64,000 bases of DNA from Amoebophrya sp. A120 (lineage: Eukaryota > Protista > Dinoflagellata): the NCBI GenBank assembly GCA_905178155.1, contig CAJINV010000002.1, positions 758,422-822,421 on the forward strand, read 5' to 3'. Each line of letters begins with the position of its first letter. The stretch's first letter is position 1. The translations under genes and the position numbers were made by a program. Below are positions 24,259 through 36,900 of this stretch, piece by piece. The notes under the pieces were generated by a model. That model searched no databases, had not been told where the DNA came from, and saw only the letters and a program-made list of their open reading frames with translations.

Positions 24259-24652
24259 TTTCGCTGCACGAAGAACGTTATTTCAGATGAACACGTCGCA
24301 GCCCATTTTCGACGGGGGCAGGCGATCGGTGTTTTGGATCTTTTTTCCGGAAGGTCGCACTATTTTTTTCTTCCGCAGAGGACAAACAACGCAACACCAG
24401 CATGGATCTTCCGACCTGGATCTCAGTAGCAGGGACGACCGCAGCGAAAAAACCCGCGTTTCTCAAGAACATGTGAAAAAAGAAGATCTTGCTCATCCGA
24501 ACATAACATCAAGCAGAACCACTGCAGCTGTCTGCGATGTCTTCAAAAGTGCACGCTTGGCACCCACAGATTAATCGTGCGCTGTGAGAAGTTGTTTTGC
24601 TATGCTGTCGACAACCGTCTTTATTTGGTCGTGCAATTCTTCAGCGCCTTAT

Positions 24653-26584
24653 TCATTCATTCGCATTCATCGTATCGTACACCCGTAATTTCCTACTCAG
24701 AGTCTGTATGATCCCTAGGTACAGACAAACCACGCCCGTGAAAAAAAAGCTCACGGAGTAGAAGTGCCGTTCATACGCAAATTCTAAAACAGGTGTAATT
24801 TCCGAGCCATAGTTCCCTACGACATCCACGACCGCTTTCACGTAGCCCTCGACTTGAAAAACTTCTGTTGCAGCAGCAACTACAGTCGCCGCAGCGTATT
24901 CGAAATACTGCATGACAAACCGCACCAAAATCTCCGGATTTAAAACCAACTCCGTCACTTGCGCGAGAGTCGTCATGGCAAGCTCTTCGTAGTAAGTTGC
25001 GGTGGTTGCGACTATTGCCGCGGTGGTTGACCCGGTCGCGGTGAAGAGTAGTTTCTTCCGTTTCTTCAACCCATTCACAATAAATTCGTACTTTTTCCTC
25101 CGAGCTAACCTCTTCAGCAGCTGTTCCATGTCCGTTGCATCGATCAATTTCTTCGCTTGCGCCAGCCAAGTATCGATACAAACGGTAGTATTGTCGTCAT
25201 CCTTTGCGAAGGAGAAAGTTGTAGAGGAGAAGTGCATGTGAATCTCTGTTGCGTCGTGAAGTTCCAAGATGATTTTGTTCCTCTGTGTTTTCAACAATGC
25301 GATGATGAGGAAGAGAATGGTGTAATAGGATTTTGGCTTAGATTTAGAAGTTAATCTACTTGTACTTCCCCCGCCGTCATCACCAACATCACCAGCACTT
25401 CCTTTACACTCCGCGACCAAAACGTCGAACACGCGGGATAGCAATTCGAACTCATTCACACTGTGCGCGAAAAAGGTAAGCAGCCACGCTAAAGTGAAGT
25501 GGAGGGAAATCTGCCCGGTGTCCGCGAGCCCAGCGTGCGCGTTTAGGTATTTGAAGTGGGTAAAGAGCTGCGGGTCGTGTTCGCGTAAAATCTGCTCCAT
25601 AATGTCGAAAAGCGGAAAAATGATCTCGTCGAACCGCTTCTCCGGGGACAAAAACTCCTTCATGTATGAACTGCAAAAGTAAAAGTATCGCACTCGTATA
25701 AATGCATTACAAATTTCCTCAGCATGAGAAATAAAATTTGTAATGCGGATTTACCTTAACAAAAGGATTTGTAATGCATGACTGCAATACGAGTACGATA
25801 CTTTTGCACAGGATATCACGAGCGTTTTGTCAATGAAGGTTCTCACAGAACTCGCCGCGGAAAATCTCGTGCTCATCGTTTCGAGGAAGACGAGGCAGAT
25901 GTCGTGGAAGCCCTGGTAATATTTCCAGGTATTTGTGATGGTTTTCTGCTTTTTTTCCCTATGATCGATCTTTTCCTCCACCAAAACCTCGCCGAGCAGC
26001 TTTATCAACGTGTTCCGCTTGTTCTGTCTGTCCGCCAACCGCATGGATTCAATCGGGAGTTCTGATTCCTTTTTGTGAATATCCCATGAGAAACAGGACC
26101 TTTTCACATCCGCCTCGATCACGTGGAGGTCGTTCGCCGGGAGCTTGTGCTTCAATTCGGGCGGAATGTACACCGCGTCAAAGTCTTGCTGAATAGAAGC
26201 GGGGATATTATCATCGTCATTCGAAACTGTCCTCGTTCTACTTACCGCGGTGTCTGTTTGGGTAGTTTTTGCGGCTTCCAAAATGGTCTCCCCGAGCTTG
26301 CTCGCTTTGGTTGTTTTCACCGGTAGCTCGCCGAGGAGTTTCGCGATCAGCTTCTGCTCTAGCGCCTTGTCCTTGAACTTCGCCAGAATGTTCTGTTTCT
26401 TCGTTTTTTGGTTGGTATTCGTATTAGAGGGAGCTGTTGGTTGTTGCAGTAAAAACTCCCAAATTTCCGCCCGGACGATTCGTCTTGCGCCGAAACCACG
26501 ACTGTACGCAATGTCGCGGAGGGTTTGCGTAGTTTTGGTTTTTTCGGTGGGAGAGCGGCTGGACGAGGAGGCTGACGTGGACAT
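24653..26584 (-). CDS. Duplicate TBC1D20-like Rab-GAP
   Basis: Same translation as 14746-16677. Confidence 0.7.
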
Positions 26585-27263
26585 TTTCTACTTTATGCTT
26601 TTTCAATTTGTTTCCCGGCACTTAGAGTTGGACTTACAATCCAACTCAAACAAATGATAAACTGGAACTTTATTTTCTGGAAGCGTTCTTGTTGATAACG
26701 ATAAGCCGCGAAGAAAAAACTGTGTTCACCTAGCAGCACAAAGGCACGGCTAATAAAGGCAGGTAGATCGCTGTGGAGGTTTTTCTTACAAACAGACTCG
26801 TATGCGCCCGTTGCAAAGGCGGAGAGTAAAAATCAAAAATGCGGAGGAAAAAAGCGGCCGGTGTCACAGAAAAGGTGCTTCTGAGTTTAGGAAATTGGAT
26901 CATCATCGTGCGAGAACAGTACAATGGCTGTCCAAGGAGCGACCGAGGGGCGGTCCGTGCCCCTCCCTATCGTTCTGACGACCACACAGCTGTGGCGATA
27001 TCCGCAGGACAATATCAAATGTTAGTAAATGTGCTTTTTCCAGATAGTGAAAGATTCAGGTTTCTACTAACGATGAGTTTATTTACCTTTTCGGTGACAG
27101 CAAGCAGGAGAGCAGGATGAGTTGATTTGTACGTCCTCAGCAGAGCAGCAGGTTTTCTAAAAAATGTTTGATGGCGCAACGTCTTTTCGTTGCCACACAA
27201 AAGTGTTTGTTCAAGATGGAAAATTTGATCTTCACTACGACAGAATCTTAATATCTCCAGAAG

Positions 27264-27898
27264 CTACACGGTCGCGTAGTAGCAGCTTCCCGACCCGTAG
27301 CAGGTGCTGTTTTTCACGAGACTGCCCCGCGTAGATTTCCACTCAGCAAAAGCCGCGTGGGGGTTTGCGCACTTGGTCTTGCCGCCCATCAAACCCGTCT
27401 CTGCGCGTTTGTACATGCCGAGGAGGGTGAGGAAAACCAGATCCTGCGGAACGTAACTGTGATTGATGGGTTTTTTATACTAGAGATTTGTCATGCGAGA
27501 TTATCAATTGCAGAAGCATTTTGTCATGCAGAAAAACCATGACAAGGAAAGAAAAACGTCGTATACTATGTCAACGCCGCGATGGTACAGGCGACCAGCA
27601 AGGAGTCCTGTCGAAACGCCGTTGGCTTCCCGTATCCTGTACAGAAGTATCGTATTCGTATAATTGCAGTCATGCATTACAAATTTTTGTCTCAAGGTAA
27701 ATCCGCATTACAAATTTTATTTCTCACGCTGAGGGAATTTGTCATGCATTTATACGAGTGCGATACTTTTGCAGTTCATATCCCGCCACCGAGTACCATG
27801 GTGCGCTTCTGCATGTTGAAAAAGTTGCTTCTCAGCGTCTGGGCGGAGGTGAAGCTGCTGGTCTTCTTCGCAGCCGTCGAGAGGACGCGACCGAGCAT
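27264..27898 (-). CDS. Duplicate small presequence-bearing protein
   Basis: Matches 17357-17991 at offset 9907. Confidence 0.6.
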
Positions 27899-30800
27899 CT
27901 TGATTTGGGGTTTGCTAAGGTGTTGCCTCGTTCCGGTAAGCTGCTCTTCTGTAAAGCTAAATGTAGTGAAGATTTTTAGTGCAAATATGGCAACCACTTC
28001 TGGTCAAAGAGTTCTTCTTCCATCTCAATCTCCTCTCTGTCCAGCCACACCCGCCTGCATACTGACAAGTCTTGTAAAAGTTCCCGGGATGTGTGCGTAG
28101 TGTATCTCCAAACAGAAACACTCACAAGAAAATCGCTCTCACCTCCCCGTTCGCGCAATTTTGCGCAGCAGAAGCAGAACTAACACCACGCTGAGAAACA
28201 AAAACCAGCTGCGAGTGCGTCAGCCTCCTCCTCATGGTAATTCAACTTCAGAGAAAAACTGCGCCGACTCGGCAATACAGACTCGCTGCCCTGCGCCAGA
28301 CTGACAACGCGGCCTGTGTGTGGGCGCGCCGCCTAGTCGCGCCGGCAAATAAATTGACCCAAGCCACGAGACCCACCGGCGGGCCGACGCCGCATGGCGG
28401 CGGGCGGCCCACAGCACACAGGCAAGCAACCGCGGGGGACAGGCCACCCAGCGCGCGGGCGCGGCCCACAAAACGCGGCCCCAGTCAAATGGGCCAGCTC
28501 CACCACATATGGGCCCCGCCGGGCCGGTGGGGTTGGTAAACTCCCGGGCCGGCTGCACTGCTTCCCTGCTAGAACGAAGCAGGGAACCATCCGGCCGGAG
28601 GGCCCGGGCGGGGGGGGGGGCGGGAAGAAGCGACGCCCGGGCGGCCCGCTCTGCTTGCAGGGGCCCACACAAAAGCAGGGGGGGCGCCCCAGAAATATAC
28701 GGGGCCAGCGGGGCGCCCCGACAGGCGTAGGGCAGTGGGCCGCACTTCGTCGGCTTTTGGCTTTTCCCCCCCCCCCCCCTAGTTTGTTCGCAGACCGCCG
28801 CGAAAGGCAAAAGCCAAACGCAAATCGATAAAAAATAGCTGCGCCTACTCGCGCCGCCCCGCGCCTGCCGCGACGGCACACAGGCCGATTGCGATTATCA
28901 GCGTTTCGAAGTGCCCGGGGCCTGGGCCTGGGCCTTAGGGGGGCCACTGCCGCCCGTCGCGGCGGGCGCCGGCGTAGTGGCGGCGGGGAGGGTTCGCCCG
29001 TCCGGGGGGGCCTTCTCGTTCGCGCCAGCCCGGCCGCTCGTTGCGTGCGTCGGTCCGTGGTGGGGCTCGAGCGGCGCCCGCCCATAAACACCACTGCCCT
29101 GTCCCTGTGACTGTGTTGCCCTGGCGCCAAGAGGGGCAACACACTGCCTCCCGCCCACCCCATAATGGGCGCACAACGGGCAGGGCATGGCAACAGGGCC
29201 CGCCGAACGGATCGAGGGGCGCCAGACTGTTTTTTCACAGGATAGAATATTGTATTAATGCAATTACTGCAAACGCAACTGCACGCTAAGCCCTCGTCGC
29301 ACACTTTCGCTTTCACGCCGTCCTGTTCGTCGGCTTCGCTCTTGTCTCAGACGGTTATAAATATATCCAAGCCCTCAGGAAAAAAAAAATGACGCTCGGT
29401 TGCACTCAAAGACACAGGCGCTTTACTTGCACCGCGAAGAAGAGACAGTGAGCCTGTCGTGCGCCTCCAACGCAATAAATGTCACGATTGACAAGACCAG
29501 CCGAGGTCTCGCTACTTTTTACTTCAGTTGGGTTTTCTACTCAATATAAAGCGTCGCGCGAGCTTCCTGGCCCGCGGGGCGAGCGGTTGGTCCGTCTGCG
29601 AGCTCTTACGATTGGCCGCGCCGACTGAGGCAACGAGGGCGCACGAGCAGAGAGAGACAGACGCTGCTGCGGCACATCCACTGCAGAGGGATAAGAGCCG
29701 GCCAACGACCGGCCAGCTGGTCGGGGTGCCAATGGAGAGAGCGAGGCGCAACCGGCCAGGCCCGCCAGGACGCGCCGCGACGGCACCGCGAAAAAACAGG
29801 CGAGGGCGCAACGGCCGGCGCCTGCCCCGTCTTTGATTGCGCGCACTGCGGCGCGCAAATGGGCAAAGCCATCACCACACTGGAACACGCGCGGGCCGGC
29901 GCCTCTCCGTCGCGAACTGCGCAGCTTTCTTGTGTGTGTCCGCGCAGAGGCCCGGCCGAGGTGCCGCGTATTGGCTTTCGCTCCAGACGTATTCGTCGTT
30001 AGCGATGCCCCGGATCATCGGAGGGGCGCCCGACTGACACAAGCCAAGGGGCGGCGCGCCTGCCTGCCGCAACTTACTGCGGTGCGACGTGGTCTAGTCG
30101 GCGGCGAGCATTGCCTCGCCCAAGGCTGCCGCTGGCTCTCTTCTAGACCGTGGGCGCACAACACTGCAGGGAACGGCTGCAGGCCGCGTTGCGGGTCCAC
30201 AATTCTCATGTAGTAAGTTTTGATCTTTTTTTTACCAGGAAGGAGGCACCGGTACAGACATGCTTTAAAACTGGCACGCTCAAGTTTCCTCACACTGGCG
30301 CTGCCCTCAAATGTTTCTCTTCGTGTGTGTCGTCTCAAACACTCATATCTCCCCAAACAAAAAGCGAAATAAGAAAAATAACACCCTCACCAGCAATGAT
30401 AGAACAAAACCAACACCTGTGTACTACTAGTGACAGAGTCCGATGTCGTGCTTTACTCGATTCCGCACGTTGATCATGATCTATGCCAGCCCAATAGCAA
30501 TATCATCACAGCGTGCAGCTGACCGGGACTTCATTAGATTGAGTTCTCCCCGATGTTGACATTAAGTACGCACTTCCAGTTGGTTCGTTCCTGAAGATCC
30601 TGTGTTCAAAAAGTCAGTCGTTCATTTGGTGGAAAAACGAAAATGATATATTCCCGATACAATCCTAACGTGCAAAACTCGACAAGCGAAGCAAAAAAAA
30701 ACTTTATTCTCAAGACTACATCAAACGTTGAAGCGCAAGAAAAGAAAGGCAGGCGCCCCATTCTAAATCGTTATATTTGGGTTTCAACTATTAGTACTAA

Positions 30801-30902
30801 GCAGCAGCAGCTGGGGCTGCAAAAAAAGTTTCGCGACGCCTACAGTGCTGCACTGCGCGAGATGGCGACTGCATCAAAATCATCATCTTTGCCATATCTT
30901 CG

Positions 30903-33900
30903 TCAAATTTTCTCTAATTCTGAAAGGGTGATAATCACCCCTGGGGGCTCCTCTTCTTCCCCTTTCTTGTCAGATTGAATTGGGATTGCTCTAGGCGAAG
31001 AGGACCCGGTGATTTGTATTGCGGAAACGGATGGGGAAGACGAGTGTGCTGCTGCATGATTTGTTGATGCAGCCCATGTTGTACTATTACCACCACCTTC
31101 TCCTCCCGCCAAGGTCGAGGCCGAGCTAGACCCTTGACCTTGTCCCCCACTTCCAGGCATCACACTCAAGTTCACCTGGTGACAACCCACACTACTACCC
31201 CCATGCTCAAAATTGATTGTCCCTCCGCCAACCACCCCGCTCGCGCTCGCACTACTTGAACTTGCTGAAGAAGAAGAGCTTGCTGCGTTCCCAAACCCTC
31301 CCAGCATACCGGAGGAATTTAAAGTAGAAGTCGTGATTGACTTCCCAGGGGCGGAAACTACGACTTCAGGTAAGAACAACGGTGGCCGGTTGGAATTCGC
31401 ATCGTGGTCGGGTGGGGGCGTGGGGAACCTGTTTATTTGCTGGAAATTATTGTTTCCGCCATGCAACATCGCGAGTTGCTGTTGCGCGCAGCTCGCCGGC
31501 CCCGCGGATCTTGACCGTTTCAACAAATCAGTAATGTCAATAGCATCCGCAGAAGTGTTCAAGTTCATCGTTTGGTTTGGGTTGGTTGCGTTTAATATTC
31601 CGGTTCCAGTGGTCCCACTGCCACCTCCACGGGGATTGGTATTTTGGTTTGTATTCATCATGCTGTCGGAGAGGAGACTATCAAATGTAAAAGTGTCTGG
31701 GTCTGGAAGAATACAACTTGTGATGCTGTATTTAGATTCCAAAAAAATCTGTATTGCATGAGTATCAAACGGAATGCAATTTATGCGACGCTAACAAGGA
31801 ATTTGTCGTGCGGAATAGGCATCAAGAAACCATCAAAAAATCTGTATTGCTAGTAGGGTATGCATCACAGACGTCATGGCTCATGCAAAACGTGCATGAC
31901 AAGTGTCAGAATCTTCCAGACCCAGACATTTTTGCAGTTGGTAGAGACTCTGGCTTAATAATTTGCTATTGTTCGAACTTGGATTCCGCATTATAGGGGG
32001 TCTATGGAAGCGTCAGGTTTGAAATCGTCAAAGTTGAAATAATTTGTAATGCATAAAATGCATGACCCGAGGCACGTGTGTTGCAGAGCAGGCAAGTGAG
32101 GCCGATTGTAAGCCTGTTTGGGGTTACAGCTAGAGCTGCTAAAGTAGCATGAGAAAGCGGATTTAGGGACCACCAAAATTTGTCTTGCGCCACTTGAAAA
32201 CTGGGTTCCAACTGGCATCCATTTTATGCATGACAAATTATTTCAACTTTGTCGATTTCAACTCTGACACATCCATAGGGTCCGCCGCTTGGATTTCTTG
32301 GTGAGGAAATATTGTTGCTGTTCAATGGCCAAAAATCCTTTGTGTTTTTCGTCGTTGTACCGCTTCTCGTCGTTGTTCCGTAACTCCCACCAGTTCTCGC
32401 CCCACCGCCGCCAGTGGAGTAGTCGCGGTGCCTACTGGAGGAAACACCAGAAGTGGTTTTCCAGCCAGTTAAATCAGCGGACCTGTTCAGCACCCCACTT
32501 GTTGTTCCGCGGTAAGAAGTACTAGACCCGCGCAAATACTGGTCCGCCGATTTGTTCAACTTCGAAATTGCCCGCTGCCGCAGTTTCTCAATTTCCCTCC
32601 TCCCGTCACCGGAACTAGGTCTTTGTTCCTCCTCCTCTTCGATGATCAGTTGTAAGTTGTTTTGTTCTGCTCCGTTGTTATTCATCTCCTCGTTTGGATC
32701 GTAATTTTGATTGTTTTCCCCACGAAAAGTACCTCCTTCTCCGTTCTCGTTATTGTTAATATTCCCACTTGGGTTGTTTGACGTGGGACTGAGAAAAGCG
32801 GACCAAAAGGCGGAAAAGGAGCTGGAAGAGATGGATTCTTGTGACCTTCGTTCCTTCGTACTCGCGGTCTTCCGCAGGTGGTTTTGTGGATTCGCACTGC
32901 TTTGATGTGGTCCAGCGGCTCTAGTACCCGTAGTTCCTGTAGATGAAGAGGACAGACCAGACTGTCCGAGAAGATTTCCCGTATTCATCCCTCCCCCATA
33001 TGCCGCGCCCGCGCTCGACCTTTGTTGCGCTCGTTCCTGTAGCCGCTTCCCGAAGTTTCTTGATTGATCTAACAATTCTTGAATCTGACTGCGATCGTTC
33101 GTGGGCTGTTGGCTGTTATTTTCAGCCGCGTTAGGATTTGATTGCATGTTGTTCCGGGAACTGCTGTCAACACCAAGTTGCATTTGCTGCTGCTGCACTT
33201 GATTGTAATAGTTCAACTGCTCATGATCGCCTGTATTCCTCTCTTGGGTCCGGTTGCTATTATACCGCTCCTGATCATAATAACCTCCGTACGGGTCAAC
33301 ATACCTTGCAGCGCCAGAGCTACCATATTTCTGATCGCTTCCCCTTCTAGAAGTAGACGCGGTCGCAGAGGAAGTCGCTCGGTCTAAACCATGGCCTCCT
33401 GCCGCCCGATGCTCATACATCCGTTTTCTCCTCCCCTCTTCCCTGACCCGTCGCTCCTCCTCCTGTCTCCGTTTATTCGACGATGTGGCGGACAAGTTCA
33501 TATTGAAAAAACTATCATTTTCCCCATCGGGGACAGAATCCGTGTGTGGCATTTGCATTTCGTAGTACTGCTGCTGTGTGTTCATCCGTTCCAGCCTTCG
33601 TTCCTCGCGCCGCCGTCTGCGCTCTTCGTCGTCTTCACCCCTGCGGCGCCTGCGCTCCTCCTTCTTCCTGCGCTTCAGGATGAGCTCATCATCTTCACGA
33701 AGGTCCTCGGGTTCCTGGTTGTGGTACTGATTTGGATGGTGCTGACGTGTAGAAGGCTCGCCGTAGTGCTCTTGGGTTCCTCGGTTGCAGCTCCCATACA
33801 CATTTTGCTGCTGCTGCTGCTGCTGCACCACCAATCCATAGGCATCCAGGCCCTCAGGAAGGGCGAAATAGTTGTAGCTTTGCTGCTGGTGATGTTCTAT

Positions 33901-36900
33901 CAAATGTAAAAATGTCTGGGTCTGGAAGAATCCGAACTTGTGATGCTGCATTTGGATTCCAAAAAAGTCTGTATTGCATGACCAGCAAAGGGAATGCAAT
34001 TTTGGCTATGCGGAGAGGGCATTTGTCATGCGGAATAGGAATCACGAAGCCCTCAAAAAGTCTGTGACGCTAGGGCATGCATCACAGACATCATGGCCCA
34101 TGCAAAACGTGCATGACAAATCTCGCAATCTTCCAGACCCAGACATTTTTACATATTGATATGTTCTTGCTGGGCCTCATTCTGAACGCCGTGTTGATGT
34201 CGTTCCTGTCTGGTGTAATCATGATCACCACTCCCCCTTGGACGATGTTGTCCCCTCGTCTCCCCCCGGTTGCTTCTCTTGTACCTACCGCTTCTCGAGG
34301 ACACCACGCCCTGCGCTGTTGTTCCACTATTCCCTTTCCTCGTATCCCGGAACTTCTCGGCCAAGTCCTCTTTGCTCGTCCTTTCGTTTTTCAAAAACAG
34401 TTCGGATAAAGTCCCCGCAACCCGTTCGGACACTGTGTGTACTAACGCGTCCAAGCTAATCCCCGTGTTAGCAAGGATGTTCTGGTGCTGGGGATTTTGT
34501 GGATCACCAGAAACAACTTCGCCAGCAGTACTGCAAGTAGCGGATGATCCCGAAATTGATTGCGATTGCATCTGGTTTGCGCATGCTCCTGGAGTATAGC
34601 CTAGCGGCAAAGCAGCCATGACTCCAGCTGTAGTTTGCGAGAGCACCGCACTCACAGTCTGCTGCACCAAATTCAGATTTTGGTTCTGCAGTTGCGGCTG
34701 CTGCCCTGTTGCTTGTCCTTGATGAAGACTCGGCAACATCTGTGCAGTCGTGCTATTAATGCTGGGAGAGCCCTGCTGATGGTGCAGAGATGACTCCTGC
34801 TCCGACTGCGAGCTGCTCAAGTGCGGGATTCTCCGGCCGCGATTACCAGAGGCGGTGTTGGGAACTCGAGTGGTAGTGGTGGACTGATTTGCTGGGTTGT
34901 TGCTATTCAAGTTGTAAAAGCTTCCGGAATTCTGTCTCACAAGCTCGTGTGGATTCGGCTGCTGAAAGTTCGGAAGGTGAAGACCAGTACTAGAGTTGTG
35001 CTCAGCATTGTTCCCTCCTTTGCCTTCTACAGCAGAAGCTTGCTGCGCTACATGGACGGCTGCAGGAGCAGCGAGGTTCTGTGTATTTGCGACCAACTGC
35101 AGTTGCCCGCAACTGCCATGGCTGGCCCCACGTGGTGGTCCGCCGGCGGACTTTGAGGATCCAGAAAGCAGGTCTTGCTGGGAGGGGATTTTCGTTAGAT
35201 TTTGGAATTTCTGTGCATCAATCAGTGGGCAGTTGTGCTGGGAGGAGGCTGCAGAATTGGGATTCAAGTTCGCCCTGCAGCTGCTCCCACTCATGCTGAC
35301 CGCACAGCTGCTAACCGGGCTTCTGCGCGCACTGGTTGGGACGACTGCTGTGGTAGCCGCTGGCTTCATCGGTTTGTGCTTACTGCGTTTGGAGGATCTT
35401 GAATTTTTGTACTGGGTAGTGCTATTGCCATGGCCGTCACGACCACCATGTCGACTGTCATACTGATGCCCACCTCTCCCACCAGTGGTAGTGGTCCTGT
35501 AGCTCTGTCGAAAACTCGGCTCTTCTATCAGAAACTCCCCCCTCATCGGAATATGATGATGGAAAGAACCTTCCCGCTCGCCCTTCAGCCTCCCGGACCT
35601 GGATCTTTTTAACAGCGGCGTAACTTCATTTACGGTGTTGCTCTCTAAAATCGCGAGATCGTTTTCACTTCGAGACTTAATCGCCGTCGTGGACGACATT
35701 CCTGCTCCTGTTCGCGAGCCGACTCCTTCTTTCGCCGTCCCGGCTCGACCTGCATCCCTCCTAATGCGCCACCAGAGATGGCAGGGGAGGGACAATATGG
35801 TGATCAAGATGTAACTCGGCCAGAGCAGAAAAATGTACCAGTTGGACGCTAGCCAGCTATCGGTAGAAGTTGTGTTACCGCTAATATCCTGATCCGGAGG
35901 ACCACCGCCAGGAGCGCCAGCAGGAACCAAGAGCACGCCGCCGCTGTTCCCTGGCACACCAAAGAGTCCAGGGCCGCCTGCCCCTTCTTCCGGATCCACC
36001 TCATCCTCGTTATCACCTCCACCATGCGGGGGCACCGCGAGCGACCCGCCCTGACTCGCATCGCCATCCGCATCCTCACCATTCGGTAATTCTGCCGGCT
36101 GTAAGTCTTCGTTCTCCGAATGATTCAAGCTGTCATTTCCACCTATTTGTTGTACTCGTGCACCTCCACCACCGCCTATTCCGCTCGGCGACGCCCCAGC
36201 AAACGTCAACTCGTTTTTGTCCAGAGCACCAGCACCAGCTCTACCACCCCCGCTCTCATCCGGCGCTCCACCGCCGCTATCCGGCGTAGACGCTGCAGTG
36301 TCGCCTTCTCGACTGTCTCTGGTGGCCAAATTGGGATTCGCAGGCGTCGATGTGTTACTGCCTTTGCTTCCCTGCTTTGACAAACTTCTAGGATTGGCTG
36401 TCGCCTGCTTGTGGTTCGCTAACAACAGTTGCTGCAGTGTGTTGCTTAATCTCTGTTGCGCCATCAGCATTTTGATCAGCCTGGCATCGGGGCTGGACTC
36501 ATCAATCGTCTCCGGATCCCTGGGTGATGACAAAAACGCACTTTGATCCAAGTGCCGCTGTTGCGGTTGTTGACTACTCTGCGTCGAGGAGAAAAAGGTA
36601 GCTGCCATGTAATTCCCGCTATCCCTCTGTTCATTCGTTGTCCGACTGCTGTCCACGGAGGTTTCCCGCGGATTTCTCACGGCACTGCTTCCACCAGGGC
36701 CACCACTTGGCCGTGAGGTTGGACCCACTGGCGCACCGAGGGAAGAAGTTGTTGCTGCTGTTCCCACTGCTGTTCCGCCACCTGCACTGCTTGCTGTTCC
36801 AGCTCCTGCATGTGCTTGAGCAGCTGCAGTACCACTCGCCGGCTCCGGACTGTTATTCCTTGGCGAGCCTGGTGGCGCGATTGGTCTCTGGTACAAGCTG

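Larger units (their letters stand above)
12382..32095. repeat. 9.8-kb near-identical direct duplication (12382-22188 / 22289-32095) across a 100-N gap
   Basis: Constant offset of 9907. The only differences noticed flank a C homopolymer (~18867-18885 vs ~28765-28790). Confidence 0.95.
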
